DNA from: Tubiluchus corallicola | Taxonomy: Eukaryota; Animalia; Priapulida | Length of the DNA stretch: 64,000 nt | Direction of reading: 5' to 3' | Assembly (NCBI GenBank): GCA_030141605.1 | Contig: JAQGDQ010000109.1 | Location: 372,001-436,000 of the forward strand | Part shown: in pieces, positions 1 to 13,364 of the stretch | Layout of the letters: the number at the start of each line of letters is the position of its first letter | Position numbering within the stretch: position 1 is the stretch's first letter | Made by a program: the position numbers and the translations under genes | Notes under the pieces: generated by a model | Told to the model about the DNA's origin: nothing | What the model saw: the letters and a program-made list of their open reading frames with translations, nothing else | The model's database searches: none

Positions 1-49
1 TTTGTGTTCTAACCAATTAGCAATATATGTGTAAAAGAAGTTAACTTAC

Positions 50-91
50 ATCCTTATAAACAATGCAGTGGCACACCAAAGTGAAGAAACC
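50..91 (-). CDS. aGPCR exon: end of TM7
   Basis: tttttcag|GFFTLVCHCIVYKD|gtaag; matches the aGPCR TM7 pattern GFFIFxxHC. The C-tail lies beyond the left edge. Confidence 0.9.
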
Positions 92-257
92 CTGAAAAAT
101 GCATCCAGTATTAGAAGAAAAGAAGTAATTAAATCACACAGAAATACAATTTCACACTCCTTGGTCAGTCTCTCTCTCTCTCTCTCTCTCTCCCTCTCTC
201 TCCCCCCTCTCTCTCCCCCTCTCCCCCTCTCCCACCCTCCTCCCTCCCTCCCTCCCT

Positions 258-316
<59 letters not shown>

Positions 317-3300
317 CCCTTTCTGAATTCCAGCTATTTACACTCTGGAAACATCTTAACCTTTTTATAATTATATATCTACACATTTTAAATTTCTTAT
401 TACCTCGTTTATAAAAAATACTTACAAACAAAGCATTCATTGTGGCAAACAGGACACCATATTTAGTTTCTTCATAGTTCACGTAAAGAATGCTGAAGGT
501 AACCAGAAGACACAGTAGAATACCAGTAATCAAAGAGCAACCTGCTTTTGTTGTCCTTTAAATTTAAACAAAAACTCAGTTAGAAACTTAAGATTTAGCA
601 AGACCTTAGATAAAAACTGCCAATTCTACTGAGTTGTGCAATTGACATATTCCAACAAACTACAACACCAAACATGGATTGGTGCAGAACATGCAAGATG
701 ATGAAATTTGTACAAAATTCTAGAAGTGCACCTAATGGTGCATTCACATGTAGAGACTACTCTCACACATTGTTGCGCAACTTCTCTCTGAGAGTAAAGT
801 TGCACATGTGAACAGCTTGGCAACTTCTCTTGCAACTTGCTGCGCAACCGCTCTCTGAGAGTAAAGTTGCACGTGTGAACGGCTTGGCAACTTCTCCCAC
901 AACTTATTGCGCAAGTTAACTCTCAGCAACTCTCGCTGAGGTCCTTTGTCGCAATCAGTTGCGAGAGAAGTTGCCAAGCTGTTCACACATGCAACTTTAC
1001 TCTGAAAAAGAAGTTGCGCAACAAGTTGCGAGAGAAGTCTTTATGTCTGAATGCGTCAGAAGAAACACTACCGTAATATTATAATAATTATTTTGTTTGC
1101 AAAAATAAACTTTCATTATAGCTGAAATATCTACATAACGTTTCCTGATAAACGGTTAGCATACTCACAACATGAAAGCACGTCGACCTCGGGATGTATA
1201 AATGCTAAACTTCTCTTGTGATAGCTCTAGTATTGTGACAATAAGCAAGACGCAATAAACCTAAGAAAAACATTCATGTATACAATCTTTTCTGTGCTCA
1301 ATACAGTAGTCCAAAAATCAATCAGAACAAAATGTGCACCTGTCAATTTCTTTATTGTAATTGAGTATTTTCATTTAACCTTGACCAACACTAATAACGA
1401 ATATAATGGCACGTGGGTACAACAGCAATAAGGGGCAAATGATCATTATGGCACACTACACAAATGTGGAACAGATTTCACAAACCTCATCAATGCTGTT
1501 GTGAAAAAAATCATGCAAATAAAAAGTTTACTTACTGTGAGCAAAAGTCCAGCTGGAGCAAGGAAAATATAGAGCCGATAGTCAGTGAGTGACAGCCAGC
1601 AACTGAAAAAAATTGAATTTTAGTGAGACAGAAATAAACAAGAGTATATTGATACCACTACACTTGAATTTGCACATGCATAACCACAAGGAAACAAGAA
1701 ACTATGCTGCCAATGAGTGCAGTTCAGCATCACGTTAGTCTAATTTTATAAGTATCCTAGCTAAAATACATTGACGAAAGGTGGAGTTTCGCAACATCAA
1801 TTCTGGGGACCAAGCCATCTGGGTAAGTTCACCTTAATTTACTTGCAAACACGTCACCCCTTGCCGTGTAACTAAGAACCACCATTAAACAAGAAGAAGC
1901 AATCAGTAAAAGTGTAAAACGTTAAGTAAAGTAAACTACTAATAGATATATATATAAGCATACAAGCACGATTAGCATGTAATGAACTCTCACGTTTAGT
2001 ATTGTGCTTAGATAGTCATATCATCATATAAATTTCAAACAAAAATAAACAAACAGTTATACTAATCTTACTAGTTGGGATTCCCAAATCCAGATGCTTG
2101 TGTAATCAACAGCACCAAAAATCCGAGCCCAATTGAAGTTCCTGAATACAAAATAAAGAATTTTTAGACAGAATATTTATACTCTCGTGAAAACCAGTAG
2201 TATAGAAAACCAGAAGCAGAGAATAATTCATAAAAATCTCAAAAGAAGCTACTCTATTCTCAAAATAAAAACATATCTTATCAGCTTTACTTTGTCAGTC
2301 TGATTGTTTATAAATTAGAATATCTCTCCAAAAACTTGCCATAGTCAAAACTGCTTCCTCAGACTCACAGACTGTCAATTATATGTTAAACTTGTTGAGA
2401 GTTCAATAATAACTTACCCCACCCACTAAAGAGCAGCTTTGTAGTAGGAATGTTGACAATGGTATTGCGTAAAGTACAGAGGAGATTATGCAATGCTTCG
2501 ACAACTAGGAACACAAAGGCCGACATGAAGCCACAATGAATGAACATAGACGTAGCAATGCAAAGTCCCTGTAAAGGAATATGGAATATTACCAATAACT
2601 GTTATTTTACATTAAGTTGACACAAACATTAAGAATAAGCAGTGGTCCACTGAAAGAGTCTGTTCAATTCTTTTACTAAGATAAGCTACTCAAATGACTG
2701 AAACTTCTTGTATAGCTGCCCAAAATTCTCAACACCTAAATATCGGTAGTAAAATGCATCTTCTGTCATAGATTTGAATGCCATGCATGTGCAGAAAGTG
2801 ATTGCTAGCCTCATATAAAAAGTGATGCAACTATGAGTGTCATATTCTAATATAAATTCCATGGTCTGTTGTATGGCAAACAATGGGCGCCATGTTGAAC
2901 AAAACAAAAACTGCATTCGATTGTCAGCACTTGACTGACACACTTCTTAAGTATTGTTCGATATGCAGGATACCAATTTCCCTCTGTGCACGCCTAGCAT
3001 TTAAATCTATGATTTAACACAGAAAGCCTTCTGACTGAAGTACAGAACTAGCTGACACACTCTTGTAGAAATGCTTTTTTGGCAAGCTTGTGAAAATAAA
3101 AATATAGTAAGCGTACATAGCTATATGGCAAATATTACAATTAACCCCAAAACGAAAAACTGACAGTGTATTAAGATAATACAAATATTTTGTTATTACA
3201 TTAAATTCTTACAGTTCAGCACAGCAAATTGCATGCCAACATGATTATAAAGGCATGACAAAATTAAGGGAAGTGTCTGAAAATAATGTGTAAATAGGAC

Positions 3301-6300
3301 ATATAAAATATAACATATACATATTTTATGAACAAAATGAAGAAACAAACTACTAATCATTTGTAGAAAATTTCCAGATGGAGTCCGATGCCTATTTTTG
3401 AATAAAGGCATTACAAGTGTTGAATGTAACAGCTTATCGAGATGCAACTATTAATTAAACAAATGCAAAAGAAATGAAAAATAATTACCGGTCTGTTGAT
3501 ACTAGTAAGCCCAAAGGAGAAAAACAAGTTGCCAATTATGATCACAATACAACGACTGAATACTATGAAGGTGCATCCTTGATCTAACAGCCACCTGTAA
3601 TGTCAACGTATCAGACATTCAATGAAATGCTTACAAATGAAGTCAAGTCATAGACCTCTGATAAGCAGCTAGCAAAAAACAATATTGACAAAAGGAATGG
3701 AAAAAAGAAGAGAAGCAACTGAAGAAAGTAATAATTACGTAATAATTATAATAATTATCTGTGTACTTACTTCAGGCAGACAACATGTAGGATCACTGTA
3801 ACAATTAGGCATCCCAAACATGCAGTAAATCCTGCTAGTACTACGTTATTGGTCTCCTTAGTTTTGACTTCATCCATCTAAAAATTTGCACATTATTATA
3901 ATATCTTATAGAAACAACTTATTAAAAAATTAAATAGAGACAATAGATCATTATTAACTCCTACATTGAATTTTAATAGCACAATTAGATCAGTGTGTTT
4001 TTAAGTTCTAACTATTTAAAAATACTTCCGACTAAACCACGCATTAAATGACACATTTTCACAAAAAAAACCTGATTTTTATAAGAAGGTACAGAATTTT
4101 ATATTCTGTCACATAAATTTTTAAACAAAACGAAAAATAAAGTAAATTCATTTATTATCTTGCTTAATGCACAGTTGTACAAAAAACTAAAATGTCAGAC
4201 ATACAGTTTGATTTGACATCACGTAGAATGTGGTATAGATTCCATGCTTTGAGCAACTGCAAACCGTTGACCTGGTATCCCTTTCCAACAATTTGCAACC
4301 CGCTGCACTCCATTCAAAGTCACTGCATCATAAATTATCATATTAATTACTCTTATAAATTAGCCTTATAAAGTAGGTTTACGAAATAACCTTATAACTA
4401 ATTACTCTTGTAAAAAAGATAACAATTCAAAACAATGATTTTTTAATCGTGTATTCTCTCTTATAAGTTGGCCAACATTCTCTGTTTACCCTCTTACAGA
4501 CGTAATTTACACTTGTAATTTAACGCAGAAAACTTCCGATTTGTATCATGCTAAAACTTGCAGTCTCACATGTTGTTCCTGCAGGAGGTAATAGTGAAAT
4601 GAAGACAAATGAACATGGCAAATGAAGTAAATAAGCCACACTGGGAGATGTCAATTAGATGTTCCTCTAACAAGAAACAGCCTGGAGAGAAACTGATGAG
4701 TAATAGAAATGGGCTAAAATATCCATGACGCTAACCTGCTGAGACATAAAACCAAGCAAATTCAAAAGGAATATTAGCTTGATCAGTTTTGCACCAAAAC
4801 GGACCGCTTTTCAAGCACTTAATTACATTTCTCAAGCTCGAAAGGCATAAATTGAATAAAAAGCTTTGTGAAATAAATTCAGACCGATCTGATGTTCATA
4901 TCACTAGGTTTCACAGTCAGCAGAATGCACATTTTCAATTCGTTCTTGAAAGGATTTTCTCTGAATGAAACTGCATGAAAGCATTTTATGTCAACAAAAG
5001 TAGATTTGATGCAATATAAAAGAAACAAAATCCTCCACTAACGTGTGCTGAAGATGCTTATTGTGTCCGTCTTTAACAACAAAAGGCTGTTTCAACTTTT
5101 ATGGAATAATGTTCACATTTATAAACGTTCTCAAGACAAAAAACAGTAGTATCAATGCTTTCTTTGAAAAACAGAACAGAAACAAATAACACAGTGAAAT
5201 TCTTATGACAAGAACTAGTACAATTAATAAAAAATCCCACAATAAAGCAAGGCATGATGTTTCATTCCAATAGCATGGACCATCTTCAGGTGAAAAATCA
5301 AGCAAAACTATCCTTCAAACTAGAGAAGGTTTTGATCCTGTTAAAAATTGCAAAAAGATTCATCTTCTGTAACAGGTTATGCTTTCAGTGACGGCTTTTG
5401 TTTCATATTAGCAAAAAAAAACTAAAAAACGTTCTCCAAATAATTAACAACATTTACCTAAGTACTGCTATGCTCAACACTAATAGCTTCAATGAAATTG
5501 GAATTTGTCATTTTTTCACCCATAAGGACAAGGCTCTGAGGGTCATAATAATTATTGCCTGCACTGTATTTGCTGTGCCTGGTTGCCTAGGAACAACATT
5601 TTGTGTTAGTGAAATCTAACTTATTGACCCGTTATCTGTACGTGTCAAAGGTCAACCGATCCCAGGCCAATGTAAACACTTTCATTTGAAAATACTACAA
5701 TCTACAAGATCCTAAAATTGGCACTTAATTGTCACCCGTGACCCCAGGGTCAGGAGTCAACCAATGTGGGCATATATACTTTTCACTTGTTATGTTACAA
5801 GCTACAGTTATTTGACATAGGGAACATTTGCTTCCTCAACCTATAGAACTTCAGTTTTTATCCACTAAGGCACAAAGTGGACTCAATGGTTAAGTAACCT
5901 AGATGCAGCTCACCTAGCTATCAGTCACCTCATTGAGACCTTTCATAGAATAAAAACCACTGTTACTTGTTTCCCCTGCCGTTTCTGTGTCTGACCCCTA
6001 GCAGAAGGTTTCCTGGGATGCAGTCCATACTCGGTCATTCACTAGAACCTGACTCCACGCCACAAACAAAAAAGAACTGTAGCCCTAACTTAAAAACTGT
6101 ATAGGACACTCAAACTAGAGTAAAAACAATGAAGTCACATTCAGTCAGTGACATTTGACAGGGGTTGTCAGGTCACATATAAATATAAATCATGTGAGTT
6201 TTGCGACTCTAGTGTTGTGCGTTTATGAATTATTAAAGAAACAATTAGTCACAAGAAAAAATTAAATTAAAAACCGGGGTAAATCAATAATCAATCAATA

Positions 6301-9233
6301 GTTGCACAATCTTAAATGCTCATTTTTTTAGTTTTGTGATGCTAACACACTTGCTAATGATCACATAAAAAATTGGTATTTAGTGATACTTTTTCCTTAA
6401 TTTTCTTGTAGACCAGAAAGATATAGTCTACAATGTTGGATCAAAATGTCAAATTTTTTTCTTTGTAGTGAGATTTTTTATTATTAAACAACCACAATCA
6501 GCATGTTAAACAAAGCTTCTCAGAGCGAGGATTGAACCCAGTATTGAGCCACACTCATGAGCTAAGTCTACAATTCAAACCATGCCTGACTGAAGTAGGA
6601 TGTAAAGCTGCCTAGAGTTGTGCAGTTGTGCTGCTTCTAAGCATTTTGGTCATACATAGGCCTACCTGATGTCTGATCTCTCTTCCTGGGCCAACTTAAC
6701 CAATTTTGATCTGCACAGTACCCAGAAATGATAGAACTGCTAGACTTAATCATTACAAGTAACAATAAATGTGTTTTTGTCTGAAATATTATTACATTTT
6801 ACATTGTTCTAAGTCTATTTTTTCAGACAAAAAGATATTCAGCCAGACAAATCAAATGGAAAAGGCATAAATGTGTTTTATAATGTTTTCTAATTTTTCC
6901 AATATTATAATCCACTTTTACAATTCTGTTCACCTTATCTCTACAAACGAAAAACAAACAAAGTTCTTGAGTTGTGACACCTGTCTCATTAAGAAACTCT
7001 CACACTCATACAAGGGGCTGATCACTTCTCAATACAAAGGTAACCCGATTTTGCAAAATGCAACCTGCAAATACCATGAAGAAAAAACTGCTATGTGGAG
7101 CAAGCGTAGTAAACACTTGAAATCTCAAATCCAACATTTGCATTAAGTGAAGAAATTTCATTACTGACTCCACAACATAACAAAGACTGCTAGAAGCCAT
7201 CAATTTGTTTGCCATAACATATTAATGACAGGGAATGAAGTATGAGATTTCCTAAGGGAAGTTTTCATTAAATTTGCACTGACAGAGAGAAATGCATGCG
7301 GCAACTGACGCAGACTTTCATTATTCTCCTTCTCCCTAGGCAATCATCAGCTGTTAATCTCTGCTAAATTTTGTCAACAGATTTGTTTAAATTTTCTTCA
7401 CATTTACAGCTTCAAGCACAAATTGGTATTACCAAGCTGTTTGCGCTGTAATTCACAAGGACATCGCTTTTAAATAAAATGCTACTTTGGAAACAATATG
7501 TAACTTTATGAAGCTGATCCACAATCAATCTTGGATAGTCTGGTCATAAACACAACATACAAAAAAATACTTAACATATTCGCAGAAAAAGAAAACAATC
7601 AGCAAAAAATAAAATTCACAAATCTCCTGTAAAGGTCTACTTGCAAAGTAAACACTGCAAGTAATTAAACGGATGCTGATTACTGGGAGTTCATAGCTGC
7701 TTAACTCATAAAAAGAGTTGAGCTCTTACCTAACAGAAAGATCAGCAATAACGCAGGTTTTGTTCCGCTCACTGTTGTCTACCTACAAAATGCAAACGAT
7801 TGTTCTGTTAATGGTTAAAAGACTGGCTAGCATGCAGAGCAGCTGAATTAATGGAAAGCGGCTGCTATAATCTACAGCTATGACAACTTTCCAAACCACA
7901 AATAAAATTCATTTGAGTTCATTCTGACAACTTGAATGATATAAAATAAGAAACTAAGCATAATTGGGAATTTAATTCGTTACAGATTATAACATAGTTC
8001 CATTAGACATCGCTCATTGTTTGCTGCAGGAACTTTGAAATGCTTTTGTAACATTATTTCCAAAATGTTTAACCACTTAGTTTTATCTAGGTATCAGTAT
8101 AAATAGGGCACTGTTATTATGTAATTTACAACTTACATATTTTCTTCTTAATGTAGAAGTTATTGTGTAGTCATTTCCCCTATCCCTGCGCCCATCATCA
8201 ATGACCAGGGCTACCATTGGGGTGCCGATTTTCCGTTCCATTCTGGAAAATTCCAAAAAAACATGTAGGACTATGGCCCTCTGAATGTTGAGTATGAGTG
8301 ATGCCACAACTGAATATGAACGTTACATGAATAATTTTAATCTATTAGTTAACACATTTCACTTGTTTTTCCACCTAACAGATTCATACAAAAAAGAAAC
8401 CAGTTATTTACTGAGCAGCTTTTAAAGAATTAATACAGAGCTATTACAGCTGGATTGTCTAAATGAAGTACAGTATATAGTTCAAGTCCATTATTACTTA
8501 CTCATTCAAGCTAGGAAGAAGATAAAATTTTTTCAGATTCCTGAAGAAAATGGATACCAAGCCAAACATATCGTAACTGAAATAAGCTACAAAAACAACC
8601 TACAGTTAGTGGAAATTCTTCTAAACACTGGCTTTAATCATCAATAAATTAGCACATTTAGAAAAAATCGAAAAAACATCAAATATGCCAAGGATGAGGT
8701 AACTTATTTCTGTCTTTCAACTACTAGAAAACCCTAAACTACAAAACGATTTTTATCTTGTTTTGGGAAGTAACACCAACCATTATCAGTTGCAACTATT
8801 TCCCTCTGAACTCTATTCTTGTCTTCCTTTTGCAGGAAACCTTCATCTATGTGATTTCTGCTCACAGTTACATCTGTTAACAGCCAGTCAGGCAGAGAAT
8901 GTTCAGAGTTGTCTCTTCCAGTAGGAAATGAGATATAGGAGAATGTTTCACGTTCATATCTGCCGACTTCCATAACTGAAACAATAAAGTAGAGAATTTT
9001 TAAATCATTCCAAGACTAAATCAAACCAAACTTCTAAGAAGATCAATCACCATCGATTAGTGTCGTCCTCATTACAATCATCATCGATATCATTGCCACC
9101 ATCATCATCACCATCGTCAGTGCCATTGTCGTCGTCGTCGTCATCTCCATCATCATCATCCAATTTTTTGAACACAGCAAATATGAACTTCTGAATAGTT
9201 GCTCTAAATTTAATGAAATTTAACAATAAGTTG

Positions 9234-9276
<43 letters not shown>

Positions 9277-12200
9277 CCACATATATGTAATATGTCTACA
9301 TAGGGGCTTTCCCAAATTTAAATAGGCAACAAAAGTACTTACAGAAAATCAACATTTTCCATGACTTATCAAAACGTGCAAAATTTGAAAATTCGTTTCA
9401 AAGCCATTTCTTTAACATATTATTGATTAGGGCAACCCAACTTCAAAATCCACCAAAATTAAGAAGGTCATCAATCAAATATTAACTGAACATCATTAAA
9501 GAAACACAACAGAAAATTAGTATTTTCAAAATTAACGTAGTTAGCCGGCTTACTCGCTATTGATTTTGTAATCATGGTATTAAAAGAGCTTCATAATCAA
9601 AATTAGCCGCTGAAATTTATATCAATCTAAAGCAAACTGGCTTGCGAAACTTAAGCTGGCTAAAATGATCTCTCTTAAAAAAGGAAGTTCAAGAGAGTTA
9701 TGATAATTTAGATGCCAACAAAATCTATTCAAAGTTGATGTTTCATTCCGTGTTTTTTTTGCTAAACGACACTACCCTGTGGGTGAAACACAGGATTATA
9801 AATAAGAAGGCCTGACCTAAAATACTATAATATTATGTATTTTGGAAACTCAGCCGTTTTAGTTAAATCAATTCTTGTATGAATAATGTTCAAAGAAGTC
9901 TGTTACATGAAGCCCCATAATAATAGCTTCTTGGGAAGCACTTATAGCAAGTCAAAATGCGAGATTATATTCTTAGTCTCACATATTGTATGGAGAGTGA
10001 CCATAAAGTGTTTGACGCAGTACTATATTATGCAAAAAAGAGACATTTCAAGCAAACAAAATAAACTTTTATGCTTCACACACCACATATCTGTACTAGG
10101 ATCATTAAAATGGGCTAAAAACAGTAAACAAATCCTTTGGCGAGTCATTATCCCTGAAAAAATGACCTTAATCACACACACAGAAAGCCCCACTGACTGT
10201 TTACGGGTCTTGTGACAGATTAACAGGGATTAAGTCTGAAATTGCACATGTTACAGACTTACAAAAAGCACTAGAAGAAATAGCGAATGTTTGATTGAGG
10301 GCAAGTCGGGCTGAAAGTGCCTTGCCATAATCCCCAACTGTCGTCATCAGCTGCAGCAAACCCTGTAAACAACAGCAAAAACTGTTAGCTACTAACAATT
10401 ATGCACAAGAAAAATGTAACAATTAGTATTTAACTAAACTTAAATACCAACTATACTAAAATTTTGATTACATACAATAATAAGCTTTTATCTATACTTT
10501 TTTAATTGCAAAGTAATTTTATCTGAACTTTAAAATCAATAAAATCAACTTTACATATTGTCAAAAAGACAATGCTTGTCTCACTTTGCTTTGTCTCAAT
10601 CAGTAAGACAATAATTAGAGCAAAAGGAAGAAAGATTAGGTCCAAGCAGAAAGGTTAAATGTATTTAGAAGCAAGATCTACATGATATTTCATTTTTAAA
10701 GGCCAGCCTATATTTACTTATTTGAAACAATTTCTTCAACAGTTGTTCTCGTTTTGTCCTCATCTTATTTTGAAAAACAAAAATCTCATTTCGCTGATTC
10801 TTAACGTACATAAACCAGCTGACAGTTCGGTGGCTCAGACAGACCGACGGATAGATAGACACAGAAATCTCAGACTTTGGCTCAGACATCTTTTAGATGA
10901 TTATTGGAAGCACCGTAATACTAATCTTTGTCTTCACTACCTATACAGTTTTGGAGGAAGTATGTTTTGAAGCCGGAAAATTACAAATTTTTAACGTTTT
11001 TTGGCTATTACTGGATAGTCGTGGTCACCATGACAACCAAATTGTTTACTGCACAACTAGAGCTCAGACCCCACCAGCTGTGCAAGTTTGATTGAAACTG
11101 GATCAACCGCAAATTGTGTGAGCAGACAGACCAACAAACAGATGCAAGGCTGAGAAGCTGCCTTATTCAACTAAGTTGGGCCGTCAAACAAATCATCTGT
11201 CAACAGACGATAGACAGGTTTCACATTTGCAGTGGCAACTGTCTGACTTTGCCAAGATTATAGAATATGCTAAGTTATAATATATCATACTAGTATCTGT
11301 CCCTTTTTGTTTCAATCATGCATTTACAGTAAGCATGCACTGTCAACAATCCATCACCATAACTCTGTAATTCACCAACAAATTGCCATTATTCTGTCAC
11401 AGCAATTTCATCCTTCGCAGGAAAACTATGATAAACAATAAGAAATTGCCAAGCCTGTCACCTAATAACTGTAGAAAATGCTTTTACCTGTGATTTATTT
11501 GTTAACAATTGGCTGCTCGACCTACCTTTCTTTCACTAACTGAGCTATCGCTTTCCAGAAGATTGCTCACAATGTCTGCAAAAATCTGCAAGAAAATCAT
11601 GGCTACCTACAGTAATTCACATTACAGTACTGCCACCAGCAGGTAAAAAGCTAATTCTTAATGAATTTTATAAACATGTAAACACATTACAGGGTGGCAC
11701 ATAAAAATGGAGCAATCTGCAGTTCAGTTCACCAAGCAAATTTATTATTGGAAAAATGGAACAACCATTGACACAATTCACACAAAGCAAAGAATTTTAA
11801 ATTATGTAGTTTTGGTGAAATCTGATGATACGTAGCAAATGTTATTACATCAATTCTCAATTACTTCATGTTAATGAAAACTAATTACGTTTTACCCACC
11901 CACACCATGTTAATACATTCACTGTCAATTGCCAATGTTCTAAACTGTTTTCTTCGTTAAACAAAAGAATCGCAGTTTCAATCACACAAAAACTGTAATG
12001 AGAAGTGGTTTGCTTACAATAAAAGTCTGTTGGAAATATGAAATTATTTTGCTAATCCTATCTGACTCTGCATCTTTGCAACTATCAAAAGCTGCAAAAT
12101 TAGAAGTTATCTGGTTTGAAAACGATTTTCACGCAAAAACTTAACCATCACTTGCTAATCATAACTATAATTAATTATTGCATTGAAAAATAATAACTGC

Positions 12201-13322
12201 GTACTGCAATTTACATCCTCCAAAATTTCAAACCGAACTTTATTTTATTGCTATTTCATTACATGGAAAATTAAGACGCAGGCCTACGTCTCTTTTTCGA
12301 AAATATGTGGGTGGCTTCACGGAACACCCAACTATTAAATGTCTCCCAAACATCTCTCGTGGGAATTTATTACTTGTGCGATTTTCACTAAAAACAGAAA
12401 AAATGAAACTGTCAATTAGTGAAAAGTTGACGCAGCAGGATAAACTCTAGTTAACTGCACACTGCACAGCAGTATGAGCGTGACATATCATCGTATTCAC
12501 AAATGAAAGGCACTTAGAAGTCTGTCCAAATAAATGAACAAACTCAGCGAAAGGATTCAATCCATGGGGAACTACTGATAACAAGGTAAAGCCAAGATAA
12601 CTAGGGACAAGTACGTCCGATTTTTAAAGGTTTCATAGCCTACAGAAAACTACATTCTGCCTTCAGCTGAGTCAAGCAAAGTTCGGCTCGACTGGCAATT
12701 TGTTAACATAAAGAAAGCACCAATGCCATCAGCAAATCTTAACTTGATAACCATGTGATGTGAAAGATTAACGGGAGAATTAAACGACCAATGTAGCAAA
12801 GTTGATCTTATTGGTAATAGAATGATTATCAGTGGGAACTATTAATCTCTCGAAACTTGCTTTGATCAGAGATTGAGATTAACGGAAGCGGGATCATGGA
12901 TCAAAACACTGATCTGTAACTGAATGATTAAAAGAAGTCAAAAGCAAATAACTTGGTTAGGCCTAAGCCTGGGAAGAGCACAGCCAATATGCTAAACAAG
13001 TCAAAAAGAAGCCAAGGCTGTGTGGTGTACTTAAAAACATGACTAAAATATTGGAGCAAACAAAATAGAAAATTAATACTCAAACACTCAGGTTTATAAA
13101 GTTACATATCAGGAAACTGTGCACGCCACGAATGGGTAAGAACACATTCACAGAAGACATGAAATTCGATTTGAATTATTGGTTTTCCAAGATAGCAAAA
13201 GCAAATACGATGACCGCGATGCAGGCGAGTCCATCTACGCAGGGAGTGAGAGTTAATTTTTGCTCTTATCGGGGCAATGCAATGAGTATAGTTCCACTAT
13301 ATATACATATATTGATATAGGA

Positions 13323-13364
<42 letters not shown>

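Noticed and set aside
68-370. Ser/Leu/Pro-rich ORF on the + strand
   Set aside because: Translation of the (CT)n tract, antisense to real exons.
4498-4578. Candidate exon upstream of the GPS exon
   Set aside because: Stops occur in all frames before a good donor, and the 7730-7782 exon already supplies the correct phase and the first GPS Cys.
5099-5305. ORF with PCYWNETSC and a hydrophobic stretch
   Set aside because: No compatible splice sites or place in the protein; the hydrophobicity is explained by T-richness.
11688-11730. TA-CAGGGTG Tc1/mariner-like terminus
   Set aside because: No matching right TIR was found, so it is at best a fragment.
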